Position numbers and translations under genes: made by a program. The notes under the pieces were generated by a model, which saw nothing but the letters and a program-made list of their open reading frames with translations, did no database searches and was not told the DNA's origin. 64,000 nt of DNA from Malacoraja senta (taxonomy: Eukaryota), in contig JAXLNO010000655.1 of NCBI GenBank assembly GCA_038087875.1, positions 434,001-498,000 on the forward strand, written 5' to 3'. Each line of letters starts with the position of its first letter. Position 1 is the stretch's first letter. Shown piece by piece: positions 13,745-27,397 of the stretch.

Positions 13745-14250
13745 TAGAGTAATAGAGTCATGGAGTGATACAGCGCGGAAACAGGCCCTTCAGCCCAACT
13801 CGCCCACACCCGCCAACAATGTCCCAGCTACACTAGTCCCGCTCTCCTGCGCTTGGTCCATATCCCTCCAAACCTGTCCGATCCATGTACCTATCTAACT
13901 GTTTCTTAAACAATGGGATAGTCCCTGCCTCAACTACCTTCCCTGGCAGCTTGTTCCATACACCCACCACCCTTTGTGAGAAAAAGTTACCCCTTGGATT
14001 CCTATTGTCTTTTCCCCTTCACCTTAAACCTATGTCCTCTGGTCATTGATTCCCCTACTCTGGGCAAGAGACTCTATCCAATCTCATGATTTTGTACACC
14101 TCTATAAGATCCCCCCTCATCCTCCTGCGCTCCATGGAATAGAGACCCATCCGACTCAACCCCTCCCTGTAGCTCACACACTTTAGTCCTGGCAACATCC
14201 TCGTAATCTTTTCTGAACCCTTTCAAGCTTGACAATATCTTTCCTATAGC
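13745..14250 (-). mobile_element. CR1 LINE 3' fragment
   Basis: Matches 195-595 and 52925-53275. Confidence 0.88.
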
Positions 14251-17200
14251 TTTCCGCTGAGTGCTGTACCATGATATCAGGCCCAACTCCACCATGCCAA
14301 CCAAAATGCCCATCGACACAAGTCCCATTCACCCGTATTTGACCGATATCCTTCTGAACCTTCCGAGCTGCACTAATGTCTTTTAAAGTTTTAATGTTAT
14401 TGCATCTCCCTCAACCACTTCCTCTGACACCTCACTCCACATACTCACCGCCCTCTATGATTGTACTGTATTGGTGTTGGTTTTTATCATCACATGCACC
14501 GAGATACATTGAAAATTATTTATTTGTATGCTCTCCATTCAAATCATAACCACAGAAGTACAATTAGGCCACTCTCATGTATAGCATGATTTGCCTGCAG
14601 AGCACACAAGGTTTTCAATTGTATCTTGGTACCATGTGACATAAATGAGCATGGTGGCTGAGCGGTAGAGTTGCTGCCTTACAGCACTTGCAGCGCCAGA
14701 GACCCGGGTTCGATCCCGACTACGGGTGCTGCCTGTACAGAGCATGTACGTTCTCCCCGTGACCGAGATCTACGGTTTCCCCCCACACTCCAAAAACGTA
14801 TAGGTTTGTAGGTCAATTGGCTTGGTGTATGTGTCAATTGTCCCCAGTGATTGTAGGATAGTGTTAATGTGCGGGGATCGCTGGTCGGTGCGGACTCGGT
14901 GGGCCGAAGGGCCTGTTTCCATGCTGTATCTCTAAGCTAAACTAAACTAAAGCCATTACCAATACCAAATGTGAAATCACACACCTCCAGATTCTAGGAC
15001 AGTTTCTTCCCAGCTGTTATCCGGCAACTGAACCATCCTACCACAACCAGAGAGCCGTCATGAACTGCTATCTACCTCATTGGTGACCCTCGGACTATCC
15101 TTGATCGGACTTTGCTGCCTTTGCACTTGCACTAAACAGTATTCCCTTATCATGTATCTATCTGTACACTATAAGTGGCTCGATTATAATCATGTATTGT
15201 CTTTCCGCTGACTGGAGAGCACGCAACAAAAGCTTTTCACTGTACATGTGACAATCAACTAAACTGTAACAAGTCCCTTTCTGAATATCACATTTTGTCT
15301 GCAGAAATCGGCTTGTCAGCCAGCACATTCCTAATCCTAATCACCCTGCATGAAAATTATTGTCCCAAGCCACCTTTAGTTCTTTGACTAATGTCAAAAG
15401 ACATTGTCTTCTGATGACTGATCCAATACCACAGGATGGAGAATCAGTAACCAGCTTCTCATTATCTACGCCATGTAAACTCTTCAAAAATGTAAACCGC
15501 TGCTGTGAATGTGTGTCATTCCAAAGGCAGCTATTTATAACGTTATCATTCTATTTGCACGTTAGCGCGGCGGAGAGTTGCTGCCTTACAGCGCCAGAGA
15601 CTCGGGCTCGATCCTGACTATGGGAGCCGTCTGTATGTTGTCCCTGTGACCTGCGTGGGTTTTCTCCGGGTGCTCCGGTTTCCTCCCACACTCCAAAGAC
15701 GTACAGGTTTGTAGGTTAATTGGCTTCGGTAAAAATTGTAAATTGTCCCCAGTGTGTGTAGGATAGTGTTAGTGTGCGGGGATCGTTGGTCGGCACGGAC
15801 TCGGAGGTCCGAAGGGCCGGTTTCCATGCTGTATCTCTAAAGTAAACTAAACTGAACTACAGAGGACAAGGCACTTCGAATTGCTAGCACCACTGAGGCA
15901 AGATCCCAGGCAGCAGTAACATGAGAGGGCGATCAGAACATCAGGAAGGCAACAGAGATGGAAAGACTCTTTGTAGTATTAGATAAAGGCAAAGTGGGCT
16001 TAGCGGAAGGAAGGGGGCAGACAGGAGAAACACACTTTAGTTAGTGCCTGTTCCTGCACCCTGGTCACTATACAGACAGGTATCCTCATGAGACATTGTT
16101 TATAAGGACCTAGAGTGCTGTTTAGTCTTCAGTTTCCCATTGATTGCATCGAACAAACAGAATACTACAGTGTAGGAAGGAACTGCAGATGCTGGTTTAC
16201 ACCAAAGATAAACACAAAATGCTGGAGGAACTCAGCGGATGAGCCACCATCTCTGGAGAAAAGGAAGAAGAGTCTCGACACGAAACGTCACCTATTCTTT
16301 ATCTCCAGAGATGCTGCCTGACCCGCTGAGTTACTCCAGCACTTTGTGTCTATCTTCTATGGAATAATACAGCACAGGAACAGGTCCTTCGGCCCACAAT
16401 GTCCATGCCGAACATGATGCCAAGTTAAATTAATCTCCCCTGCCTGCACGTGATCCAGATCCCTGCATATCCATGTGCCTATCTAAAAGCCTCTTAAGCA
16501 CCACTATCATAATCTGCTTCCAACATACCCCCCGGCAGCATGTTCCAGGCACCCACCACCCTGTGTGTAAACAACATTGCCCTGCATATCTCTTTTAAAC
16601 GATCCCACACCAATGTTAAAGCTATGTCCTCTAGTATTTAACATTCACCAATAAACGTGAGTGGAAACAGTCCCTCTAATGTTGTTTTCATTCTTGTTTC
16701 ATTGTTGGACTTTACCACTGGAAAGTTGACTACTTGTGGCCTTTGACCATCGCAATGACTTGACTCTAAAGAGCCCTCTTCTGAGACTCACATTCATACA
16801 GCACGGAAACAGGCCCTTTGGCAAAACATATCCATGTCGATCAAGATGCCCCATTCAGCCCAGTCCCATTTGCCCATTTGTCCCATTTCCCATGGGCATG
16901 TTTGGCCCATGCCCTTCTCAACATTGTCCACCCATGCCTTCGAAAACCTCTCAATCTTTGGACAAAAACAATATTCCAGCTGATTCATGTCTATATAATG
17001 ATTTCAAAACTCACTGGCAGGATTGTAAAATGCGTGAGTCATATAACAAGGAACCCTGGTCTATTAAGGAATGTATGTGACTAACTGCTCTCTGTGTACA
17101 TATTTAACAATATTTAGGGAGATGTTTTTTGGAAATTCTCCCCGAAATGCAGATGCTGAAAATTTGAGGAAAACACAAAGTGCTGGAGTAACTCAGCAGG

Positions 17201-18920
17201 TCAGTCGGCAGCTGCAGAGGGAATGGATAGACAACACTTCAGAAATGAAGAAGGTTGCGAACCCGAAATACCGCTTATCCAGTCTCTATCAAAGCTATCT
17301 GCTTGCATCTGTGCAATAGGCACACAGCAAAGAAATAATAGATGTCACAGAGTCCTTTGTACAGAAACAGGCCCTCCGAGGGGCGCAGCGGTAGAGTTGC
17401 TGCCCTATAGCACCAGAGACCCAACTTCGATCCTGACTACGGGTGCTGTCTGACGGAGCTCGTACGTTCTCCCTGACTCCATGTGGGTTTACTCCAGGTG
17501 CTCCGGTTTCCCCCCACATTCCAAAGATATGCAGGTTTGTAGGTCAATCGGATTCTATGAATTGTCCCTGGCATGCAGGATAAAACTAGCGTACCACTGA
17601 TCGCTGGCTGACGCAAATTGGTTGAGCCGAAGGGCCTGTTACCAAGCTGTATCTCAACTAAACCCACCAAGGCTATCTAGAATCCATTTTGTTTTAATCC
17701 CATTTTATTCCCTCAACATTCCCATCGTCCCTCCAGATACCACTCCTTACCTATACCAGAGACAATTTAAGTGGCCTATTAAATTACCAACCCACACGGT
17801 CACAGGGAGAACATGCAAACTCCACGCAGACAGCACCGGAAGTCTGAATTGAACCAGGAGCCGTTGTAATGAAAGTATATGGATGTGTGCTGGGTGATTC
17901 AAGTGAGGCAGCATACCATGGAAGGAACATTAGTGCGGGACAACTGTCTGAAGAGTTTTGCAGATCTCTGAGGAGAGGGGAGTGGGGTGGGACAAGCTGG
18001 GCCAGAGATAGTATGGACCTGTCGGGCCAAATGATCTTCCGTGCTCTTACCGTACAGTGATTCTGTAAAGATGGCTTTAGGTATCCAGGCAATTAACCAG
18101 GAGTTTGCCTGTTCTCCCCGTTTCCACAAGTGGAAGAGTCCAGGACTAGAGGTCATAGCATCAGAATTAAAGGATGTTCTTTTAGGAAGGAGATGAGGAG
18201 AAATTTCTTTAGTCAGATGGTGGTGAATCTGTGGAATTCTTTGCCACAGAAGGCTGTGGAGGTCGTCAGTGTATATCTTTAAGGCAGGGCCAGATAGATT
18301 CTTGATTGGCACAGGTGCCAGAGGTTATGGGTTGGTTTGTATGAATGTCACTGTGTTTTGTGTGTTAACCGTGACTGGGCTGCATTCAGGAAGAAGATAC
18401 AGAAAACCTTCCAGTCGCACCCCGGCCACTCCCTCGTCTCCCCTCTCCCATCAGGCAAAAGGTACAGAAGTGTGAAAACGCACACCATCAGATTCAGGGA
18501 CAGTGTCTTCCCAGCTGGTATCAGACAACTGAATCATCCTACCACAACCAGAGAGCAGTGCTGAACTACTATCTACCTCTTTGATGTCCCTCAGACTATC
18601 CTTGACCGGACTTTGCTGGCTTTACCTTGCACTATACGTTATTCCCTTATCATGTATGGATTGACTGTAAATGCATTGATTGTAATCCTGTATTGTCTTT
18701 CTGATGAGCGTATGGTCGATGGAATTTAAGGTGAAAAAAATGAGGTCATCTTCTTTGATAATAAACCAAAGTATTTTTTAAACAGTGTGAGTCTGAAAGG
18801 TATTGCTGTACAGGTAGATACAGCTGTCCCAGTACAGAATCACTTATTAGGAAGGCAAAGCATATGCTTGCTTTTATTGCAAGAGGATTTAAGTTCATGA
18901 GCATAAACATGTTACTGCAA

Positions 18921-19826
18921 TAAGTGAGTTCGGTATTCCGAAAAACGCAAGGAATCATGGGATTTGTCAAAGGTCACTCGCAATAAACACTCTCGGCAAC
19001 CGTGCTGTCCCATACACACAGACCTGCGCCTCATCCGTAGCCAGGATTGAACCCGGGTCCCCGACTCCACAAGCTCTGCCTAACCGCCACTGGACCGTCC
19101 CAGTCCCCTCCCGAGTTCCCCACCCCCGTTCCGAAGTGGCCAGAGATGTCCGAGGCGACCCCGGACCGACGGGAATCAGACGGGAGCGGCGGCCCAGGCC
19201 CACAGCCAGCGCGGAGAAGAAGCGCCAACTCCACTGCTCCGGGCCGGTGCACCATCAGTCCAGGGCCGTATGAACGTCACTGTGTTGTGTTTGTTAACCG
19301 TGACTGGGCTGCATTCAGGAAGAAGATACAGAAAACCTTCCAGTCGCACCCCGGCCTCTCCCTCGTCTCCCCTCTCCCATCAGGCAAACGGTACAGAAGT
19401 GTGAAAACGCACACCACTGGCGGGACAGGCAGAGTTGAGCTGGAGCCAGCTCCTTCCGTCCGCACCAGCCGCAAGCCTGGGCCGCCACTGAAATGGGCCG
19501 GCGCCGGCGGGACAGGCTGAGCCGAGCCGGAGCCAGCACCCCCCCTCCGCGCTGGCTGCAAGCCTGGGTCGCTACTCCCTTCCGACTGCCACCAGCCCAG
19601 GGCCACCCCGGGCATCCCCGGCTGCACCCGGACAGGGACGGGATACTTGGGGGGGGGGGACGGGGGACGGCCCAGCAGCAACTCAACGGCGCCTGCAGCG
19701 CCGGAGACCCGGGCCAAACCACGGACGAAACGCAGGTCTGACCCATGCAGCAGCACAACCCCCAAGAGTGTTTATCGCGAGCGACCCATGACTGGGCATG
19801 TGCAGTCGGAATACCGAACTCGCTTA
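18921..19826. mobile_element. GC-rich non-autonomous TIR element, superfamily unresolved
   Basis: TIR taagtgagttcggtattccga / tcggaataccgaactcgctta plus a subterminal inverted repeat (cgcaataaacactct / agagtgtttatcgcg). Interrupts a CR1 remnant. Confidence 0.78.
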
Positions 19827-21420
19827 TTATATAAGGCCATGGCGTGGGGATATCTTGTACAGGACTGGGCTCCGTTAGAACTAGTGTGAATGAGCGATCG
19901 GTGGTCAGCATGGACTCAGTTGGCCAAAGGGCCTGTTCTGCCTGATTAGTCCTGTGGATTAATAATGTGGTATTCTACTCAATATAGTCCTATTCTCCTT
20001 TGTCCAGACCACTCTAACAATTAAGAAGGATCTGACCCAAAACATTGTCTGTCCACTCTCTCCACAGTTGCTGCCTGACCCACTGAGTTCTTCCAGCACG
20101 TTGTTTTCTGATCACCCTCCCGGCTACATGGCTTCATTGCACCCATCGCGAAAGAGTGGCTTTCACGGAGTGTTGGAATGGACAATTAGCAACTTGTAAT
20201 CAAGGCAACAGCCAGAACTAAGCGGGTTTTAAAATTTTATATAAACACATGTAAATCAACTTGGCAAACAAGCATCATTTTTTTAAAGGCTGCAGTTATT
20301 CGGGAGATTAACTGAAGTGTCCTGTGAGAGAACCTGTTTAATCTACAGAGCGGCACGGTGGAGCAGCGGTAGAGTTGCTGCCTTACAGCGCCGGGTTCAA
20401 TCCTGTCTACAGGTGCTGTCGGTACGGAGTTTGCACGTTCCCCCCGTGACCCGCGTGGGTTTTCTCCGGGTCCTCCAGTTTCCTCCCGTTCTCCAAAGAC
20501 ATACAGGTTTGAAGGCTAATTGGCTTGGGGAAAATTGTAAATTGTCTCTTGCGTGTGTAGGATAGTGTTTTAGTGTGCGGTCATCGCTGGTCGGTGCGGA
20601 CTCGGTGGGCCGAAGGGCCCTGTTCCTGCGGTGTATCTCCAAACTTAAACTACTGGAAGGAACATGTAAGCTTTGGAGATTGTGGAGTAAAGCTTTAATG
20701 ATTAAAGCGAAGCTATCAGGAGGGAACAAACAGGATCATGTCTGTGAAGAGAGAATGACGAGAGAAGATATGATTGAGGTCTTTAAAGTGATGAAGCTGT
20801 TCAAAATAGAACAGGTGAAGATGCTTCCTCTTCCAAGAGAAAACAGGACAAGGGTCATAAATATGAGACGGTTATTAATAAATCCAATTGGGAATCTGGA
20901 GAACCTGCTGTAATCAGTGGGCAGAAAAAATGTGGAAACTTTAGAGGCGGATAGTATAGAAGCATAGAATATAGGTGCAGGAGTAGGCCATTCGGCCCTT
21001 CGAGCCATTCAATATGATCACGGCTGATCATCCAATTTCAGTACCCCGTTCCTGCTTTCTCCCCATAATATCCCTTGATTCCATTAGCTCTAAGATCTAA
21101 CACTCTCTTGAATACATCCATGGGATTAAAGGGGATTAAGTGTGAGTGTTAAAGAAACAGAGGTTTAAGCAGATGGGTGGGCTGATGAGGGGTGAGAGGA
21201 GGCTTGTGTGGAGCATAAAGTTGGCTGGGGAAGAGGTGATAATGAAGGGATACAAGGATGCGGACAGTGGAACTAGTAGGACGGCTAGGGTTGGGGTCGG
21301 GGGGAGGTGGCAGACAGAGGTTACTTAAAATTAGAGAAATCATCGTTCATACTGCTGGGTTACAAGCTGGGTTGGCACCCATCCTTTTTCTCCAGAAATG
21401 CAGCCTGACCCGCTGAGTTA

Positions 21421-24185
21421 CATAGATACATAGATACATAGAAAATAGGTGCAGGAGTAGGCCATTCGCCCCTTCGAGCCTGCACCGCCATTCAATATGA
21501 TCATGGCTGATCATCCAACTCAGTATCCCGTGTCTGCCTTCTCTCCATACCCCCTGATCCCTTTAGCCACAAGGGCCACATCTAACTCCCTCATAAATAT
21601 AGCCCATGAACTGGCCTCAACTACCCTCTGTGGCAGAGAGTTCCAGAGATTCACCACTCTCTGTGTGAAAAAGTTTTTCCTCATCTCGGTCTTAAAGGAT
21701 TTCCCCCTTATCCTTAAGCTGTGACCCCTTGTCCTGGACTTCCCCAACATCGGGAACAATCTTCCTGCATCTAGCCTGTCCAACCCCATAAGAATTTTGT
21801 ACGTTTCTATAAGATCCCCTCTCAATCTCCTAAATTCTAGCGAGTATAAGCCAAGTCTATCCACTCTTTCTTCATATGAAAGTCCTGACATCTCAGGAAT
21901 CAGTCTGGTGAACCTTCTCTGCACTCCCTCTATGGCTATAATGTCCTTCCTCAGATTTGGAGACCAAAACTGTACGCAATACTCCAGGTGTGGTCTCACC
22001 AAGACCCTGTACAACTGCAGTAGAACCTCCCTGCTCCTATACTCAAATCCTCTTGCTATGAAAGCCAACATACCATTCGCTTTCTTCACTGCCTGCTGCA
22101 CCTGCATGCCTACTTTCAATGACTGGTGTACCATGACACCCAGGTCTCGCTGCATCTCCCCATTTCCTAATCGGCCACCATTTAGATAATAGTCTGCCTT
22201 CCCGTTTTTGCCACCAAAGTGGATAACCTCACATTTATCCACATTATACTGCATCTGCCAAACATTTGCCCACTCACCCAGCCTATCCAAGTCACCTTGC
22301 AGTCTCCTAGCATCCTCCTCACAGCTAACACTGCCCCCCAGCTTAGTGTCAGCCGCAAACTTGGAGATGTTGCTTTCAATTCCCTCATCCAGTTCATTAA
22401 TATAAATTGTAAATAGCTGGGGTCCCAGCACTGAGCCTTGCGGTACCCCACTAGTCACTGCCTGCCATTGTGAAAAGGACCCGTTTACTCCTACTCTTTG
22501 CTTCCTGTTTGCCAGCCAGTTCTCTATCCACATCAATACTGAACCCCCAATACCGTGTGATTTAAGTTTGTATCCTAATCTCTTATGTGGTACCTTGTCG
22601 AAAGCCTTCTGAAAGTCCATATACAACACATCCACTGGTTCTCCCCTATCCACTCTACTAGTTACATCCTTGAAAAATTCTATAAGATTCGTCAGACACG
22701 ATTTACCTTTCGTAAATCCATGCTGACTTTGTCCAATGATTTCACCACTTTCCAAATGTGCTGCTATCCCATCTTTAATAACTGACTCTAGCAGTTTCCC
22801 CACTACCGATGTTAGACTAACTGGTCTGTAATTCCCCGTTTTCTCTCTCCCTCCCTTCTTAAAAGTGGGGTTACGTTTGCTACCCTCCAATCCTCAGGAA
22901 CTACTCCAGAATCTAAAGTGTTTTGAAAAATTATCATTAATGCATTCACTATTTCTGGAGCTACTTCCTTAAGTACTCTGGGATGCAGCCTATCTGGCCC
23001 TGGTGATTTATCGGCCTTTAATCCATTCAATTTACCCAACACCACTTCCTGACTAACCTGGATTTCACTCAGTTCCTCCATCTCCTTTGACCCGCAGCCC
23101 CCTGCTATTTCCGGCAGATTAATTATGTCTTCCTTAGTGAAGACGGAACCAAAGTAGTTATTCAATTGGTCCGCCATATCCTTGTCCCCATCATCAATTC
23201 ACCTGTTTCTGACTGCAAGGGATCCTACATTTGTTTTAACTAATCTCTTTCTCTTCACATACCTATAAAAACTTTTGCAGTCAGTTTTTATGTTCCCTGC
23301 CAGTTTTCTTTCATAATCTATTTTCCCTTTCCTAATTAAGCCCTTTGTCCTCCTCTGCAGGTCTCTGAATTTCTCCCAGTCCTCTGGTATGCTGCTTTTT
23401 CTGGCTAATTTGTACGCATCATCTTTTGCTTTGATACTATCCCTGATTTCCCTTGTTATCCACGGATGCACTACCTTCTCTGATTTATTCTTTTGCCAAA
23501 CTGGGATGAACAATTTTTGTAGTTCATCCATGCAGTGTTTAAATGCCTTCCATTGCATATCCACCGTCAACCCTTTTAGAACTAATTGCCAGTCAATCTT
23601 GGCCAATTCACTTCTCATACCCTCAAAGTTACCTTTCTTTAAGTTCAGAACCGTTGTTTCTGAATTAACAATGTCACTCTCCATCCTAATGAAGAACTCA
23701 ACCATATTATGGTCACTCTTGCCCAAGGGGGCACGCACAACAAGACTGCTAACTAACCCTTCCTCATTACTCAATACCCAGTCTAGAATAGCCTGCTCTC
23801 TCGTTGGTTCCTCTACATGTTGGTTTAGATAACTATCCCGCATACATTCCAAGAAATCCTCTTCCTCAGCACCCCTGCCTATTTGATTCACCCAATCTAT
23901 ATGTAGATTGAAGTCACCCATTATAACTGTTTTGCCTTTGTTGCACGCATTTCTAATTTCCTGTTTGATGCCATCCCCAACTTCACTACTACTGCTAGGT
24001 GGCCTGTACACAACACCCACCAGCGTTTTCTGCCCCTTAGTGTTTCGCAGCTCTACCCATACCGATTCCACATCCTCCAAGCTAATGTCCTTCCTTTCCA
24101 CTGCGTTAATCTCCTCTCTAACCAGCAACGCTACCCCACCTCCTTTTCCTTTCTCTCTATCCCTCCTGAATATTGAATATCCCTG
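21421..24185 (-). mobile_element. CR1-clade LINE (HER1-like), 5'-truncated ORF2 (APE endonuclease and RT), inactivated
   Basis: ORFs 23199-24128 (VVYRPP, MGDFN, SDHN), 22812-23177 and 21520-22890 (YRPVSLTS, DFQKAFDKV, GVPQGSVLGP, CR1 C-terminus [13 protein letters not shown]). Frameshifts near 23220 and 22865. 3' UTR ends in a (TATGTATC)n tail. Confidence 0.96.
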
Positions 24186-24240
24186 GTATTCTCCAGCACT
24201 TAGTGTCTATCACTGAGTACAAGGGTTAGGACTAAACACA

Positions 24241-24925
24241 AGACCCTGTCCCACTTACGTGTCCTTGGCACGCTAATTACGCGACCTCGTGGTCGCGTTG
24301 AGGCGCGACAGTCCCGCGAAGGTCGCGCGCGATTTCATGCACCCGCACAGCCGTCTGGAGCGCGTGACGTCATTTGAAGATGGTCACAAAATGCAGGAGT
24401 AACTCAGCGGGACCGGCAGCATCTCTGGAGAGAAGGAATGGGTGACGTTTCGTGTCAAGACCCTTCTTCAGTCTGAAACAAGGGTCTTGACCCGAAACGT
24501 CACCCATTGCTTCTCTCCAGAGATGCTGCCGGTCCCGCTGAGTTACTCCAGCATTTTGTGTCTATCTTCAATTTTCTTGGCCCCGCTCTGGGAGTAGACG
24601 TGGTGGCTGGTCCGGATCCGCAACAGCCGTGAGCCCCAGGCCGAGTTCGGCGATCGTTTGACTGCTTCTGCTGCTGTTGGAGGTGAGACGTGGGTCTTGG
24701 GCCTGTCCCACTTTGGCCGTCAGTTTTGCAACAGGCCGTTGACGCGCGAAGATTTAGTTCGCTACAAAAATTTCAGAGCCCCGCGCGATATCGTGTACAA
24801 CTACATACCCCTCCGCGCTTCTCAGTGGGACCGGCCCCGCACGGCCATACAATGCCCATGGGCCTCAACGCGACGACGAGGTCGCGTAATTTGCGTGCCA
24901 AGGACACGTAAGTGGGACAGGCCCT
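24241..24925. mobile_element. Composite Harbinger-type MITE carrying a palindromic Penelope-pLTR/hammerhead cassette
   Basis: TIRs of ~60 bp (ccctgtcccacttacgtgtccttggcacg). Internal palindrome 24374-24571 and an internal TIR copy at 24699-24720. Confidence 0.85.
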
Positions 24926-25933
24926 TTACTCAACCAGTTAGACAACATCACTGAAGGCAATGTTTTGTGTTGGGACCCTTCTTCAGTCAAAAGTTGGGAT
25001 GTACTTTCGGTGATTTACAAGGAAGGCAAAAGACTGTCTAAATGGTAAGTGTGTATATAATAATGTGACAGGGACTCAAAGTTCCCTCCCTCTGGCTTTA
25101 CATTTCACTCCTCCTCTACTCCCCCTTTGTCTCTTTACTTTAGGGATACAGCACAGAAACAGGCCTTTCGGCCCACCGAGTCCGTGCCGACCAGCGATCC
25201 CTGTGCACCTGCACTATCCACTATCCTACAGACTAGGGGCGATTTACAATTTTACCAAAGCCAATTAACCTACAAACCCGCACTTCTTTGGAGTGCAGCA
25301 GGAAACCGGGGCGCCCGGAGAAAACCCACGCGGTCAGAGGGAGAACGTACTAACTCCGTAAAGACGAGCACCCGGTGTCAGGATTGAACCCGGGTCTCTG
25401 GCGCTGTGAGGCAGCAACTCTACCGCTGCGCCACCGTGCCGCCTGAAGTTGGAGCATTCAATGAAGGGAGTATAAAGGAAACATTGGTTGTGGGCTCCTG
25501 ATGGGTTTACAATATGTGCGGAGCCTGGGTGAGTGAGAGAGCAGGAATGAGTAACCGGTGAACCAAGTGCTGAACCACCAGGGTTTCGAGAACTAACAGA
25601 TACCAGACTATCAGAGTTCCACTGTAATACTTCTCTTAAGTATTCATTCATTTTGGTGCCCTCTTTTATTTCCTCCTTCTGAAGGGTTGACGGCAGCTTT
25701 TATTAAACTCATCAACCTTTTCCCGTGTTTCATTATATTTCTTTGTTCCCCCACCTCCCCCCCTCCCTCACTGCAGCTCAAAACACTGATGGATTCATTT
25801 GAATGTCACTGGCCTCCTTAAATTGATTTAAGTCTAATCTTAAAGACTATTTCACAGTCTATTAAAGCCTGCGATGCAAAAGACATTCAGTATATGATGA
25901 GAAGGGCTCATTGATGGAGGTCTCATGTCTTAC

Positions 25934-26056
25934 TTGGATAATCTCTCGGATGAGTTTTCTCCGACCAATTTCCATAAAACGTCACCCGGTACTTGGCTGT
26001 TCCACAGGCGCAGCAGTCCTGGATGGGTCTCTCCGTGACCAGCTCTTCAGTCGACA
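25934..26056 (-). CDS. spon1: Spondin-1-like coding exon 5 (123 bp), start of Spondin_N domain
   Basis: ccag| acceptor; (V)STEELVTERPIQDCCACGTAKYRVTFYGNWSEKTHPRDYP; |gtaaga donor. Not in the ORF track; translated by hand. Confidence 0.95.
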
Positions 26057-26124
26057 CTGGTGGAGGGAAACAAATCACACATCAGACAGAGCAATCTACA
26101 CTCCTATTACACAGTAACAGAACA

Positions 26125-26745
26125 GCTTACTCTCAGCATACTCGGCGAGACCAAGCGCAGACTCGGCGATCGTTTCGCTGAACGCCTTGGCCTGAACCAT
26201 CTTCCGGTTTGCCAAACACTTCAACTCCCCTCTCCCACTCCCACACTGACCTCTCTGTCCTGGGCCGCCTCCACTGTCAGAGTGAGGCCAACACACAAAT
26301 TGTAGGAACAGCACCTCATATCTTGCTTAGGCAGCTTACAACCCAGTGGTATGAGTATTGATTTTTCTAACTCAAGTCACCCTTGCATCCTCCCTCTCTC
26401 CATCCCTCCCCCGCCCCAGTGGTCGTACTAGCTTCACAATCATCCCATTGAGTTTGGGAGTATAACTCGTTCTCACCTACCCCACAGCCAACAATGGACC
26501 ATTGTGGGCTCCACCTTTTCCCTGATCATCATTGCTTTTTGCATATCATTCATTCATCTGTTCCATGCACCTTCTATATCTCGCATTTCCCATTCCCCTG
26601 AATCTCAATCTGAAGAAGGAAGGGTCTTGACCTGAAACATCATCTATTTCTTTTCTCAGGGCGATCCTGCCTGACCTCCTGAATAACTCCAGCTTTTTGT
26701 GTCTATCTTTGGTGCAAACCAGCATCTGAGTTCCTTCCTATACAT
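26125..26745 (+). mobile_element. Penelope-like GIY-YIG and pLTR fragment
   Basis: GETKRRLGDRFAE..HFNSP. pLTR with ctgaagaa..gggtcttgacctgaaacatc. Confidence 0.88.
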
Positions 26746-27397
26746 GCTATCAGTTTAGTTTGGTTTAGGGATGCAGCGTGGAAACAGGCCCTTCGGCCCA
26801 CCGAGTCCATGCCGACCCTGCACGCTAGTTCCATGTTATCCCACTTTCTCCCACTATCCCACCTACAAAGCTGCACGTCTTTGAGATGTGGGAGGAAACC
26901 AGAGCACCTGGAGAAAGCCCACACAGTCACAGGGAGAAGGTACGATGGGGCACGGTGGCGCAGCGGTAGAGTCACTGCACTACAGCGCCAGAGACACGGG
27001 TTAGTTCCAAACTATGAGTGCTTTCTGTACCTCCTGCCCGATGGTAGCAGTGAGAAGAGAGCTTGGCCCGGATGGTGTGGATCCTGGATGATAGATGAGG
27101 CTGTGCCTTATCTACATGCCTTTGATGGAGGGGAGGGCTGTGCCCATGGTGACCATGCTTGGTGATTTCAGGTGTTCTTACAGGCTTTGGCGGAAACTAT
27201 AAACTCCACTACATTTGTCTCGGAATTGGAATTAGCATACTTTATTGTCACATGTGACTAGGCACAGTGAAATTATTTGCTTGCATACCCAATGTATACA
27301 CATTTGTAGGATGTACAGAAGCCTGAAGTCCCACCACCAGCTTCAGGAGCTGCTACTTCCCTACTACCATCAGGTTCTTGAACAGACTTGCACAGCA

